Under the pieces are notes generated by a model. It ran no database searches. It saw only the letters and a program-made list of their open reading frames with translations, and was not told the origin of the DNA. A program made the translations under genes and the position numbers. Below are positions 1-10,500 of a stretch of 64,000 nt of DNA, piece after piece. Source of the DNA: Candidatus Latescibacterota bacterium (GTDB taxonomy: Bacteria; Latescibacterota; UBA2968; UBA8231); contig OZ241867.1 in assembly GCA_965203175.1 (NCBI GenBank), positions 2,240,001 to 2,304,000 of the forward strand. The letters run 5' to 3'. Numbering within the stretch: the stretch's first letter is position 1; each line of letters opens with the position of its first letter.

Positions 1-156
1 TGCTGCCCGGTGCAGTGGTGTCGCCTCCTCGCTGTTCTTGGTGTTGACGTCTTGGATATTGGCGAACACAAGGAAGCCAATGACCAAGAGCACCACTAGG
101 CCCAAGACCTTGGCCAATCGCCGGACATTAGTCTTTTTTGGCGGTCCGTTGCTCAT
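1..156 (-). CDS. Membrane-anchored ankyrin repeat protein, N-terminal part (runs off the left edge); tandem paralog of 304..2298
   Basis: Hand translation from ATG at 156: MSNGPPKKTNVRRLAKVLGLVVLLVIGFLVFANIQDVNTKNSEEATPLHRAA. DNA at 1-178 is nearly identical to ~2143-2320. Confidence 0.85.
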   Translation of the reverse strand, partial: MSNGPPKKTNVRRLAKVLGLVVLLVIGFLVFANIQDVNTKNSEEATPLHRAA

Positions 157-303
157 TTCGTTTCTCGCAATTGGGTGGGTCTAGGAAGGTCACATCTTCG
201 ACCGCGACGTGGATATTCTGTCGCCTCGGCTCAGGGCGCTGTGGGGCTGAACGGGGCGACTTAGCGACTGCTCCATAAAACCGTATCGCCAGCGTCTGCT
301 CAT

Positions 304-2298
304 TCACTCTCGGCCACCATAGCGGTTTAATAGCTCGGCTGTCTCAATAGCATTGTGATTCGTCGCAATGTGTAGTGGTGTTAGGCCCTCGTCGCTCTCA
401 GCGTTGACTTCGGCTCCCTGCTTAAGCAGCAGTTCGGCTGTCGCAGCAGCGTCCGTCTCTGCCGCATCGTGCAGCGGCGTCAGCCCCTTGTCGTCTTTGG
501 CGTTTATCTCGGCACCTTGGGTCAGTAAGAGTTGGGCTGTTTCGGTTGCGTTGCCCATCGCCGCTAAGTGTAGCGATGTCCGGCTACATTTGTCCTTTTC
601 GTGAACATCGGCTCCTTGGGTCAGTAAGAGTTGGGCTGTTTCCGTCGCATTTTTCCACGCCGCAGAATGCAGCGGTGTCTGGCCTTCGTCGGCTTTGGCG
701 TTTATCTCAGCTCCTTGCGCGATCAACAATTGGGCTGTTTCGATTGCATTTTCGCACACTGCATTGTGCAGTGGTGTCTGGCCATATTCGTCCTTTTCGC
801 TGACGTTGGCTCCTTGGGTTAGTAAGAGTTGGGCTGTTTCAGCCGCGTTGTTCCACGCCGCAGAATGCAGTGGTGTCTGGCCATACTTATTCTTTTCGTT
901 GCTGTTGGCTCCCTGTGTCAGCAAGACTTTGGCCGTTTCAGCCGCGTTGTTTGCTGCCGCCCGGTGCAGTGGCGTCTCGCCATATTCATCCTTTTCGTTG
1001 CTGTTGGCTCCCTGTGTCAGCAAGACTTTGGCCGTTTCAGCCGTATTTTTCCACGCCGCCCAGTGTAGCGGAGTCCGGCCCAATGTGTCCTTGGCGCAAA
1101 TCTCGGCTTCTTGAGTTAGTAACAGTTGGGCTGTTTCAGTCGCATTTTTCCACGCCGCCCAGTGCAGTGGTGTCGCCTCCTCGCTGTTCTTGGTGTTGAC
1201 GTCGGCTCCTTGGGTTAGTAACAGTTGGGCTGTTTCAGCCGCGTTGTTCCACGCCGCATGGTGCAGCGGTGTCTCGCCCTTATCGGCTTTGGCGTTTATC
1301 TCAGCTCCTTGTGCGATCAACAATTGGGCTGTTTCGTCGGCATTGTTCCATGCCGCATAGTGCAGCGGCATGTCGCCATCTTGCTCCTTTTCGTTGACGT
1401 TGGCTCCCCGTGTCAGCAAGACTTTGGTCGTTTCAGCCGCGTTGTTCCACGCCGCCCAGTGTAGCGGTGTCTGGCCCAATGTGTCCTTGGCACAGATCTC
1501 GGCACCTTGCGTCAGCAACAGGTTGGCCGTTTTGTTTGCATTGTTTGCTGCTGCCCAGTGCAGTGGTGTCGCCTCCTCGCTGGTCTTGGTGTTGACGTTG
1601 GCCCCCCATGTTATTAACAGTTGGGCCGTTTCAGCCGCGTTGTGTGCTGCCGCATCGTGTAGCGGAGTCGATCCCTGGTCGTTTTTGGCGTTTATCTCGG
1701 CCCCTTGGGTCAGTAAGAGTTGGGCTATTTCGGTTGCATTTTTCCACGCCGCATAATGCAGCGGTGTTGCGCTGTGGTCGTTTTTGGCGTTTATCTCGGC
1801 CCCTTGGGTCAGTAAGAGTTGGGCTGTTTCGGTTGCGTTGTTCCTCGCCGCCCAGTGTAGCGGTGTCCGGCCATATTCGTCCTTTTCGTTGATGTTGGCT
1901 CCCTGTGTCAGCAAGGCTTTGGCCGTTTCAGCCGCGTTGTTCCACGCTGCCCGGTGCAGTGGTGTCTGGCCTTCTTGGTCCTTTTCGTTGATGTTGGCTC
2001 CCTGTGTCAGCAACAGGTTGGCCATCTCAGCCGCGTTGTTCCACGCCGCCCAGTGTAGCGGTGTCCGGCCCAATGTGTCCTTGGCACAGATCTCGGCTCC
2101 TTGCGTCAGTAAGAGTTGGGCTGTTTCGGTTGCGTTGTTTGCTGCTGCCCAGTGCAGAGGTGTCGCCTCCTCGCTGTTCTTGGTGTTGACGTCTTGGATA
2201 TTGGCGAACACAAGGAAGCCAATGACCAAGAGCACCACTGCGCCCAAGATCTTGGCCAATCGCCGGACTTTGGTCTTTTTAGGCGGTTCGTTGCTCAT
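304..2298 (-). CDS. Ankyrin repeat protein with 19 tandem 33-aa repeats and an N-terminal TM anchor
   Basis: Repeats of A-x-I/V-N-x-K-D-x-x-G-x-TPLH-x-AA-x-x-NA-x-ETAQLLLTQG; hydrophobic segment LAKILGAVVLLVIGFLVFA. Confidence 0.97.
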   Translation of the reverse strand: MSNEPPKKTKVRRLAKILGAVVLLVIGFLVFANIQDVNTKNSEEATPLHWAAANNATETAQLLLTQGAEICAKDTLGRTPLHWAAWNNAAEMANLLLTQGANINEKDQEGQTPLHRAAWNNAAETAKALLTQGANINEKDEYGRTPLHWAARNNATETAQLLLTQGAEINAKNDHSATPLHYAAWKNATEIAQLLLTQGAEINAKNDQGSTPLHDAAAHNAAETAQLLITWGANVNTKTSEEATPLHWAAANNANKTANLLLTQGAEICAKDTLGQTPLHWAAWNNAAETTKVLLTRGANVNEKEQDGDMPLHYAAWNNADETAQLLIAQGAEINAKADKGETPLHHAAWNNAAETAQLLLTQGADVNTKNSEEATPLHWAAWKNATETAQLLLTQEAEICAKDTLGRTPLHWAAWKNTAETAKVLLTQGANSNEKDEYGETPLHRAAANNAAETAKVLLTQGANSNEKNKYGQTPLHSAAWNNAAETAQLLLTQGANVSEKDEYGQTPLHNAVCENAIETAQLLIAQGAEINAKADEGQTPLHSAAWKNATETAQLLLTQGADVHEKDKCSRTSLHLAAMGNATETAQLLLTQGAEINAKDDKGLTPLHDAAETDAAATAELLLKQGAEVNAESDEGLTPLHIATNHNAIETAELLNRYGGRE

Positions 2299-2520
2299 TT
2301 CGGTTCTCGCAATTGGGTGGTAGTGTCTAGTGGTGTTGGCGGCTGCGTTGGGTTTTTGTTATTGCTCTCTTGAGCCGACATTTGCTTTGCGCGATGGCTC
2401 CCTGATGTCTAAAACATAATGTAGCTTAGTATAGATGTCGGTTGAAGCTCATGGCAAGCGTCGGTGCCGCGTTGCGGAGACTGTAACTTAAAATCACATC
2501 TTTCTCGGAGGAGTAATCCC

Positions 2521-3327
2521 ATGAGCCGCGATCTTCCCCGTACCATTTTAGGCCGCACCAATCTCGAGGTTACCCGATTCGGCATTGGCGGCACGTATTG
2601 CGAGACGGTCGATGGATACAAGGCTGCGCTCGATTGTGGCGTCAACTACGTCGATACGGCACGCAGCTATCAGGGCGGTGAAGACGAGAAGTTGATCGGC
2701 CAAGCGATCCAGGGCCGGCGTCACGATCTCATCGTAGCCAGCAAATCCGCGCGGCGCGGTGCCGAAGAGGCGCGCCAAGAGTTGCAAACCTCGTTGCGCG
2801 CGCTCAAAACGGACTACCTCGATATTTTCCAGCTCCACCATTTGAACACCGAAGAAGAACGCAACCAAGCGCTGGGCCCCGGCGGAGCATTAGAAGCCGC
2901 CCAACAAGCCCGCGAAGAGGGCCTAGTGCGCTTTATCGGCGTCACCGGACACGATTGGGTGCAAGTGGAACAGGCGGTCCGCACCGGTCATTTTGATACG
3001 GTACTTTGCTGGTATAATTGCGCGATGAAAGAGCCGGAAGAAACGGTTTTTCCCGCAGCGCAGGCCGCCAATACGGGCGTGGTGATCATGAACGCCTCGC
3101 GCAACGAGCGGTTGCTAAAAGGTCCCGGCGCGCCCGCTCCTGAACAATTCTATCGCTACGTGCTCAGCCACGACGCCGTGCATACCACGGTCATGGGTTT
3201 GCGGAGTATCGATCTCTTTGCACGAGTTGCCGCTAGTTTGTCGGAGCGCGAGATGATCACGCCAGAAGAGCGGGCTGAGCTCGAAGCCTATGGAGCACAG
3301 CAGCGGGCGTCTGGGGAGCTGGAATAA
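2521..3327 (+). CDS. Aldo/keto reductase
   Basis: LGRTNLEVTRFGIGG, NYVDTARSY, SLRALKTDYLDIFQLH, IGVTGH. SD GGAGGAG precedes ATG 2521. Confidence 0.92.
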   Translation: MSRDLPRTILGRTNLEVTRFGIGGTYCETVDGYKAALDCGVNYVDTARSYQGGEDEKLIGQAIQGRRHDLIVASKSARRGAEEARQELQTSLRALKTDYLDIFQLHHLNTEEERNQALGPGGALEAAQQAREEGLVRFIGVTGHDWVQVEQAVRTGHFDTVLCWYNCAMKEPEETVFPAAQAANTGVVIMNASRNERLLKGPGAPAPEQFYRYVLSHDAVHTTVMGLRSIDLFARVAASLSEREMITPEERAELEAYGAQQRASGELE

Positions 3328-3329
3328 GT

Positions 3330-3378
3330 ATGGCTAAACGAGAATTCCCCATCCACATGGCGGTGCGCGAGGGCCATG
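3330..3378 (+). pseudogene. Internally deleted remnant of the ankyrin gene at 4366
   Basis: Reads MAKRE-FPIHMAVREGH. 3330-3346 matches the gene start 4366-4382 (1 mismatch); 3348-3378 is identical to 4609-4639. Confidence 0.8.
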
Positions 3379-3406
3379 TAAGCAGGGCGTGTGTGGTCGG
3401 TCGTAG

Positions 3407-3790
3407 TTACGTCTGTACTATCTGAATCAGGTTACCGCAGGTGTCGTCAAAGACTGCCACGGTGACGTTGGCCAATTCTGTCGGATCCATCGTAAAAGCT
3501 ACGCCCAGTGACTTCAGTTTCTCACACTCTGCACCGATGTCCGTAACGCCAAAGGACGCCGCTGGGATGCCTTGGTCAAATATCCCTTTCTGAAAGGCCT
3601 GTGATACCGGGTTGTCATTTGGTTCAAGCAGAAGCTCGGTCCCATCTGGGTCATCGGGCGAGACGACGGTAAGCCACTTGAATTCCCCCACAGGCACGTC
3701 ATGCTTCTTCACAAAGCCGAGGGTCTCCGTGTAAAACCTCAGCGCTTCGTCCTGGTCACTTACGAAAACGCTGGTGAGTGTAATGCGCAT
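3407..3790 (-). CDS. VOC/glyoxalase family protein
   Basis: SVFVSDQDEALRFYTETLGF ... AVFDDTCGNLIQI. Confidence 0.93.
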   Translation of the reverse strand: MRITLTSVFVSDQDEALRFYTETLGFVKKHDVPVGEFKWLTVVSPDDPDGTELLLEPNDNPVSQAFQKGIFDQGIPAASFGVTDIGAECEKLKSLGVAFTMDPTELANVTVAVFDDTCGNLIQIVQT

Positions 3791-3817
3791 ATCTGGCCTT
3801 CTTTTCTTTTCATAGTG

Positions 3818-4090
3818 TCACTTGAGCCATCGGTTCATGACAGTCTTGATGGGTTCATCGTTGAAGACAAGCATCCGATACTTGCCACGCTTCTCTGATC
3901 TCACAAGCCCCGCCTTTTCTAAGACATCAATGTGCTTGGCTATTGCCTGTCGGGAGATGGCGACTTTGTGTCGCATGATCAAGCGCACCGAGAGTTCGTA
4001 AAGCGTCTGCTCCTTGCGCTCGGAGAGCTCGTCCAGCATCAACCTCCGTGTTGGGTCTGCGAGCGCCTTGAAGACTAGGTCTTTGTGCAT
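3818..4090 (-). CDS. ArsR/SmtB family transcriptional regulator (start 4090 or 4096)
   Basis: VFKALADPTRRLMLDEL ... SRQAIAKHIDVLEKAGLV. Confidence 0.93.
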   Translation of the reverse strand: MHKDLVFKALADPTRRLMLDELSERKEQTLYELSVRLIMRHKVAISRQAIAKHIDVLEKAGLVRSEKRGKYRMLVFNDEPIKTVMNRWLK

Positions 4091-4098
4091 TGACATAT

Positions 4099-4128
4099 AC
4101 TATACGCAACCACAGGGTTGCGTGTCAA
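4099..4128 (-). promoter_or_regulatory. Sigma70 promoter with overlapping palindromic operator for the ArsR-VOC operon (probably leaderless)
   Basis: Minus strand TTGACA-N18-TATAGT. Inverted repeat ACGCAACC-acag-GGTTGCGT at 4104-4123 lies in the spacer. Confidence 0.75.
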
Positions 4129-4365
4129 GAGGCGATTTCCCAGGCTGGCAGGAACCACATCCCCAGCTATCGGCGGGATTGGGCGAAAACTTGGAGCTAG
4201 TGGACGAGTTGGAATATATCGGTTGAGGCCCAAGGCGAAACAAGCTGCGGTACTTGCGGCGCAGATGCGCCTGTGAGTTTTATTGATAGCAGGTATTTTA
4301 CCTAAAAGATTTACCAGACCCGCGATGCAGGTCAACAATCCGCTTCTACAAGAGGGATGCTGAAG

Positions 4366-6078
4366 ATGGCTAAACGGGAATTGCAGGGACAGGCTCCTTC
4401 GCCCGATGAGCGCTTTGAGCAACGGGTCGCGCATCTGCTTCAGCCTGAAGACATGAAGACCGAGCACTACCAATACGGGATCGAAGCCGTGGACGGGAAT
4501 CAGGCTTGGGCGCTCTTTTGCGCCAGCGGCGCTGGTGATCTGGCGCAGGTCAGCGCGTTGCTCGACCGCGATCCCAAGTTGGTCAATGCCCAGTACTGGT
4601 ACCAGTTTCCCATCCACATGGCGGTGCGCGAGGGCCATGCTGAGGTGGTCCAGCTACTGTTGCAGGCTGGGGCCGATCCGGGCCAGTCGCGTTATACTTA
4701 TAATTCGTGGGACAAGTTGCTAGCCATCGCCGAGGAGCGCGGCTACGGAGAAGTGCAGGCGCTGCTGGTGGCAGCGATGCGCGGGCGATTTGGCTACGAT
4801 CCGGGTTTTGTCGCGCTAGCCGAGGCGATCAAAGGCCGCGACCGGGCGCTGGTCGAGGCGGTGTTGGCCGAGCATCCCGACTTTATTCGCGCCGCCGATG
4901 CGTTGGGCAATGGGCCGCTGCACTGGGCGGCGCTGACGCGGCAAAACGACTTGGTGGATTTCTTTGTCGCGCAGGGTGCCGACCTCGAAGCTCGCCGCGC
5001 CGATGGCCAGACACCGCTATTGGTCTCGCTCAACGGCGACTACTGGTTTCGGACGCGCGATCTGCCGGCGGAAGCGCCGCGAGATCCGTGGGTTGTTACC
5101 CGCCACTTGCTCGCTTGCAGCGCGGAGTACGCTCTCAGCATTGCCTGTGCGGCTGGCGATGAAGATCGCGTCAATGAAGTGCTGGTGGCCGATCCGGCTC
5201 AGGCCCGTACTCTCGATGCCGGACGGCGCAGTCCGCTGTCCTATGCCGCTCGCAACGGCCATACCCGGATCGTCGAAAAATTGCTGGATTTGGGTGCCGA
5301 TCCCAATCAGCCCGAAGAAAACGCGTCGCGCGGCAAAGCACTCTTCGAGGCTTGCGCGGGTAACCATTTGGAGACAGTGAAACTGTTGCGCGAACGCGGT
5401 GCCGATCCCAATGCCGGGGTGGACTCTTCGGGCTCTTGCCTGACTATCGTCGAGTTCAATCACAGCAAGAAAGGCCAACAAATGCAGGCTCTGTTACGCG
5501 AATACGGTGCTGTGACGCCGCCTTATGCCATGGACGACGCGGCGCTGGAACGGGCGATGCGCGAGGGAGATGCTGTCATTTCGCACTCACAATTCCTGCA
5601 CGAGTTGATGGGACGGGATAATCCCGCGCTCATTGGCGTCTTCTTGGAAATCACACCGGATGTGGGCGACCTGTTCCAATTGACCGATATCTGGGGCGGC
5701 AACTATCCTTCAGACCCCGATACAATCCGCACCTTGGCCGACCGCGGCCTCGACCTGCACCGCGCCAACTGGATCGGCCGCACCTTTCTGCACGGCTGTG
5801 CGGAAAAGGGCGATGTTGCGGCGGCTCGCGTCTTTTTGGAGTTGGGAGCCGATATAGAGGCGGTCGAATTGGAATACGGAGGCACGCCTTTGGCCGCTGC
5901 GGCGCGCAAGGGGCAGGCGGAGATGGTGCGTTTTTTATTAGAACAAGGTGCCGATCCAGCCGCGCCAGCCGAGTCGCCTTGGGCGCAGCCGCTTTATTGG
6001 GCGGAGAAGGAAGGGCAGGGGGAAGTGGCGGAGTTGCTTAAGGAAAGGCTCAGAGGGAAAGGCGCTAGCGGCGATTAG
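4366..6078 (+). CDS. Ankyrin repeat protein (cytoplasmic, divergent repeats)
   Basis: FPIHMAVREGHAEVVQLLLQAGADP, GNGPLHWAA, RSPLSYAARNGH, GTPLAAAARKGQAEMVRFLLEQGAD. Start 4366 follows AGAGGGA. Confidence 0.9.
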   Translation: MAKRELQGQAPSPDERFEQRVAHLLQPEDMKTEHYQYGIEAVDGNQAWALFCASGAGDLAQVSALLDRDPKLVNAQYWYQFPIHMAVREGHAEVVQLLLQAGADPGQSRYTYNSWDKLLAIAEERGYGEVQALLVAAMRGRFGYDPGFVALAEAIKGRDRALVEAVLAEHPDFIRAADALGNGPLHWAALTRQNDLVDFFVAQGADLEARRADGQTPLLVSLNGDYWFRTRDLPAEAPRDPWVVTRHLLACSAEYALSIACAAGDEDRVNEVLVADPAQARTLDAGRRSPLSYAARNGHTRIVEKLLDLGADPNQPEENASRGKALFEACAGNHLETVKLLRERGADPNAGVDSSGSCLTIVEFNHSKKGQQMQALLREYGAVTPPYAMDDAALERAMREGDAVISHSQFLHELMGRDNPALIGVFLEITPDVGDLFQLTDIWGGNYPSDPDTIRTLADRGLDLHRANWIGRTFLHGCAEKGDVAAARVFLELGADIEAVELEYGGTPLAAAARKGQAEMVRFLLEQGADPAAPAESPWAQPLYWAEKEGQGEVAELLKERLRGKGASGD

Positions 6079-6113
6079 GTACTGAGTAAACGCTACTTGA
6101 TAGAAGGAATAAA

Positions 6114-7496
6114 ATGGAAGAGCAAATTGGTGTAGTTATCGAGCAGGGGCCGGCGGATTGGCAGGTTGTGCAGCAGGACGAGCGCGGGAAGGGGAGGATT
6201 GAGTTGGGGGGGAGGTGGAAGTTCGAGACGCCCGGACAAGTGGAGGTGCGCTTGGTGTGGGAGGATACGGGGGTGGCTGTTGCGGCCGGTTTGGACTGGC
6301 AGGCTGTGCCGACAGAGGAAGATGGGACTTGGAAGGGTGCTTTGGAACACATACCGGCGGGAGGGCTCTATCGGCTGGAGACGCGGTTGCGGACGGCGGA
6401 GAATCCGGCTGGGGAGTGGTCGCCGAGGGGAGATATGCGGCACTTTTTGGGCATAGGCGATTTGTGGGTGATTGCCGGGCAGAGCAATTCGGCTGGATAC
6501 GGGCGCGGGCCGTACGAGGACCCAGCGGAACTGGGAGTGCATCTATTTAGGAATAGCGAGCAATGGGCGCTGGCGGCGCATCCGATGAACGAATCGACGG
6601 ATACCCAGCACGCAGTGAACCGAGAGGCCGCCAATCCAGGGCACTCGCCCTACCTGCAATTTGGGTGCACGCTCAAAAGGACGCTCTCGCACCCGGTGGG
6701 TTTGGTGCAGACGGCGTTGGGAGGCTCTCCGCTTACTCGGTGGAATCCCGGCGAGCCGGGGGCGGCGGATTTGTTTGACAATATGGTGCAGTGCGTGGAG
6801 AAGGTAGGGGGGAAGGTTCGGGGGATTGTGTGGTATCAGGGGGAAAGCGATACGGGGACCGACGCGGACGCGACCAGTTATGCGGAGCGGTTCCAGCAAG
6901 CAGTCGCCGCTTGGCGGGAGGCCCTTGCGGACGTGGAGTTGCCGGTGCTCACCGTGCAGCTAAACCGCGTGTACCAACCCGCAGACCCGGATGCCGATCG
7001 GCGCTGGAGCCAAGTGCGTGAGGCGCAGCGACAGGTGGCGCGGCAAACGCCGGGCATAGGCGTGGTGCCAGCGCTCGACTTGCCGCTTGCGGATCAGATC
7101 CACACCAGTCCCGCTGGCAATATGCTCTTGGGCGAGCGATTGGCGCAGGCGGCTTTGGGGTTGGTTTATGGACAAGCAGTAGCTTGGCAGGCACCGGATT
7201 TGGTAGCGGCTCGGCGGCGGGAGGACCGTGTCGAGCTAGAGTTTGCAGCCGTCGAGAGCCGGATGGACAGCATTGACCTAGAAGCCAACAGCTTCCGGGT
7301 CGAGGATGCGGCCGGCGAGGTTCCGGTCGCGGCAGTGAGCTATCCCAAGGACCATCGCGTCGAGTTGATTTTGGAGCGGCCCTTGCAAGGGGTGGCTAGG
7401 GTCCACGGCGGCTACGGCAAGGATCCGGCCACCGTGCCAGCGGACATGGAGCGCTTTTTGCCGATGTTGGGCTTCTGGGGCGTGGAGATCGTCTGA
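6114..7496 (+). CDS. Sialate O-acetylesterase-like SGNH hydrolase (SASA/DUF303)
   Basis: GDLWVIAGQSN, GIVWYQGESD, DQIH catalytic motifs. Confidence 0.88.
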   Translation: MEEQIGVVIEQGPADWQVVQQDERGKGRIELGGRWKFETPGQVEVRLVWEDTGVAVAAGLDWQAVPTEEDGTWKGALEHIPAGGLYRLETRLRTAENPAGEWSPRGDMRHFLGIGDLWVIAGQSNSAGYGRGPYEDPAELGVHLFRNSEQWALAAHPMNESTDTQHAVNREAANPGHSPYLQFGCTLKRTLSHPVGLVQTALGGSPLTRWNPGEPGAADLFDNMVQCVEKVGGKVRGIVWYQGESDTGTDADATSYAERFQQAVAAWREALADVELPVLTVQLNRVYQPADPDADRRWSQVREAQRQVARQTPGIGVVPALDLPLADQIHTSPAGNMLLGERLAQAALGLVYGQAVAWQAPDLVAARRREDRVELEFAAVESRMDSIDLEANSFRVEDAAGEVPVAAVSYPKDHRVELILERPLQGVARVHGGYGKDPATVPADMERFLPMLGFWGVEIV

Positions 7497-7563
7497 TTAT
7501 ACATCACGCGGTGAAGTGAGCTAAGGTGTTTGGCCGGATCTCCCAATCGCTGGAAGGATTCGT

Positions 7564-10500
7564 ATGAGTGACATATCCTTTGAGCACGTGTTGAGTAGCC
7601 AGTATACGGTCTTTGATGGGCTAGCTGGTATGCACGTGGAAGACATCTACCAAGATCGCCAGGGCTTCCTCTGGATCGCCACAGCCGACGGCGGCGTTAG
7701 CCGGTTCGACAGCGCTCGGTTCGATACGTTTGGCCTCAAGGACGGCCTGCCCAATCTGACAGTCATGGCCATTGCCGAAGACGCCGATGGGCGGCTGCTA
7801 TTCGGCACATTCGGTGGGGGGCTTGCCGCGTACGACGGGCGTGAGTTTCAGGTGTACACCACCGAGCACGGCCTGCCTTCCAACAAAATTTTGGGTCTGC
7901 AAGCCCAGCCAGACGGCTTGATTCTAGTGCTGACTGATGCGGGTGTGGCGTGGTTTGTCGAGGGACACTGCATAAGGTGCATAACCGAAGTTGGCGGCCA
8001 ACCGTTGAAGCGAGTGCGCGATATGGCCACCGACGCGGGTGGCACTACTTGGTTGGCGACGATGAACCGAGGCGTCCTCAGCTTGGATGGGCGGTATATG
8101 GGTATGAGCGAGGGAGCGGGCCAATGGCCTTGGAAATTCGCCCAAGAACCCTCCGGCTATTTGTGGATTTCCTTCCATTACACGAGTAGCGAAGTCTTGA
8201 TCGGCTGCTACGACCCACAGGACCAACAGCTCGCGTTCGTTGATGTGGGCAAAGGCGACGAGGGGGTGGTGCAGCACGGGACGCGGCACGTGCGGGCTGA
8301 CGAGAGGGGCTGGCTCTGGCTGACTCACAGGGGTGTTATGGTATACGACGGGCAGGAGTGGCATCCCTTTTCTGCTTCCTTGCCAGATATTGACTTTTCG
8401 GCTACGCGGCTGACATACGAGGACCGCGAGGGCAATATCTGGATTGGGCTTTGGGGAGGTGGGCTGGTTTTTTGCGATCCGGTCAGCATCCGGCGCTACA
8501 CAGAAGCCGATGGCCTGCCTGATCGAGAGATTCGCTGCTTAGGTGAAGATCCTGGAGGGCGGATATGGATTGGCACGATGGGAGGCATGGCCTGTATGGA
8601 AGAAGGCCAAATCCGCCCGGTCAAGACGGGGGAAATCGTCTCGGCGATAGTGGTAGATGGCCAGGGCCAAGTCTGGAGTGGTGGAGATGCAGGCAAGGTG
8701 TACAAGTGGGAAGGCCAAACGCCCCAAGCGATCCCTGTAACCGAAGAGACCCATCCCGAAGAAATCGCTGGGCTATGTGAAGATGGGCAAGGGCGTATCT
8801 GGGTCGGCACGTCTGAGAGCCGCTTTGGCTGGATAGAGGGAAATTGCTTTATCTCTCTTGAATGCGGCACTGCGCTACAAGACCAAGACGAGTCATTCTG
8901 GATTGGATCATTGCTGCGAGACCAAGACGGAGTATTTTGGCTTGGTTCAGTTGGAGAAGTACCCGCACTATACTGTTACGAGGATGGCCACTTGCGCCCG
9001 GCGGATATAGCCGAAGTAGAGTCCATCGCTTATGTCAACGTCTTGTGGGAGCATCAAAACACGCTGTGGGTGGGTACGGGCAAGGGGCTTTTTGCCCTTA
9101 ATCTCCAGTCTCGGCAGGTGTACCACTTTACCGCCGAGCAGTTTGGGCTGTCGGCCAATGGCATCTTGGCGCTGACCGCCGACTCGCAGGACAACATCTG
9201 GATGGGCACCAGCGGAGGCGGTGTCCTCCGCTACGACGGCCAGACCTTCCAGAGTATCCGTTTGGGACCATCCGCTCTCGAAAACATGGTCGAAGCCGTC
9301 CTGTGCGATCGTCGCGGTCGGCTGTGGTTTGGCACGCGGGCAGGACTAGTCGCCTATCAGCCGGGACACGCGCCGCCGCGCCTGGTCATCCGCGAGGTGA
9401 TGGCTGGCACCCGCTTGGCCGCGCCCGAAGCCGTATCCTGCCCAGAGAGCACCCCTGAGATACGCATTCATTTTCAAGGCATTAGCTTCCGCACGGGCGC
9501 AGGTCAGATGCGCTACAGCCACCGCTTGTTAGGCCACGGCCCGACGGAACAGTGGAGTGCGTTTACAGCCGCCGATGCGGTCGCGTACGATGCCCTGCCG
9601 GTAGGCGAGTATTGCTTTGAGGTGCGGACGATGGACCGCGATGGCCTGCTGTCCGAGGTCGCCAGTCTGGAGATGCAAATCCTCCCCGACGCCAAAACCG
9701 AACGCATCCACGCCCTTGAAAACGTGCTGCGAGCTACCGACCACGTCGTGCATAGCCAGAGTTGGTCCATGCGCCAGGTGCTGGAGCAGACCATGCGAGT
9801 CGCCGAGACGGCGATGACCGTGCTGGTGCTGGGCGAGACCGGTACCGGCAAGGGCTTACTGGCGCAGGTTATCCACGAAACAAGCACCCGCCGCATGCGG
9901 CCCTTTATCCATGTCAACTGTGGGGCCCTACCCGCCGGGTTGGTCGAAAGCGAGTTGTTCGGTCACGAGAAGGGGGCTTTTACTGGCGCAGATAGCCGCC
10001 AGCTTGGCCGCTTTGAACTGGCCGATGGCGGCACCCTCTTTCTCGACGAAATCGGCGATTTGCCGTTGGAGTCTCAGCGGGTGCTGCTGCACATCTTGGA
10101 GGAGAATACGCTGACTCGCGTCGGCGGTCAGCAGCCTGTACCCGTGGACGTGCGGGTCATCGCGGCGACCAACCGCGACCTGCGTCAGGCCATCCAGGAA
10201 GGCACGTTCCGCGAAGACCTGTTCTACCGCCTGAGCGTTTTTACGCTAGAGCTTCCGCCGCTGCGGCAGCGGCAAGAGGATATTCCGGCTTTGGCAGTGC
10301 ATTTTGCCGAGCGGTATGCCCAGCACCTACAGCAGCCGGTGCCGACGCTAGACGAGGGGGTGGTTGCGCACTTGCAGGCGTATGCTTGGCCGGGGAATGT
10401 GCGGGAGTTGGAGCACCTGATCAATAGGGCGGTCTTGCTGTGTGAGGACGGGGTGATACGCGTTGGTGATTTGTTGCTGCCGTCGGTCGGTCATCGGGTT

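Noticed and set aside
304-2298. 99-bp DNA periodicity as CRISPR or a diversity-generating retroelement target
   Set aside because: Fully explained by coding ankyrin repeats; no reverse transcriptase or adenine-specific template/variable pair is visible.
4130-4350. Possible gene fragment or ncRNA between ArsR and the ankyrin gene
   Set aside because: No recognisable motif or structure that I can support.
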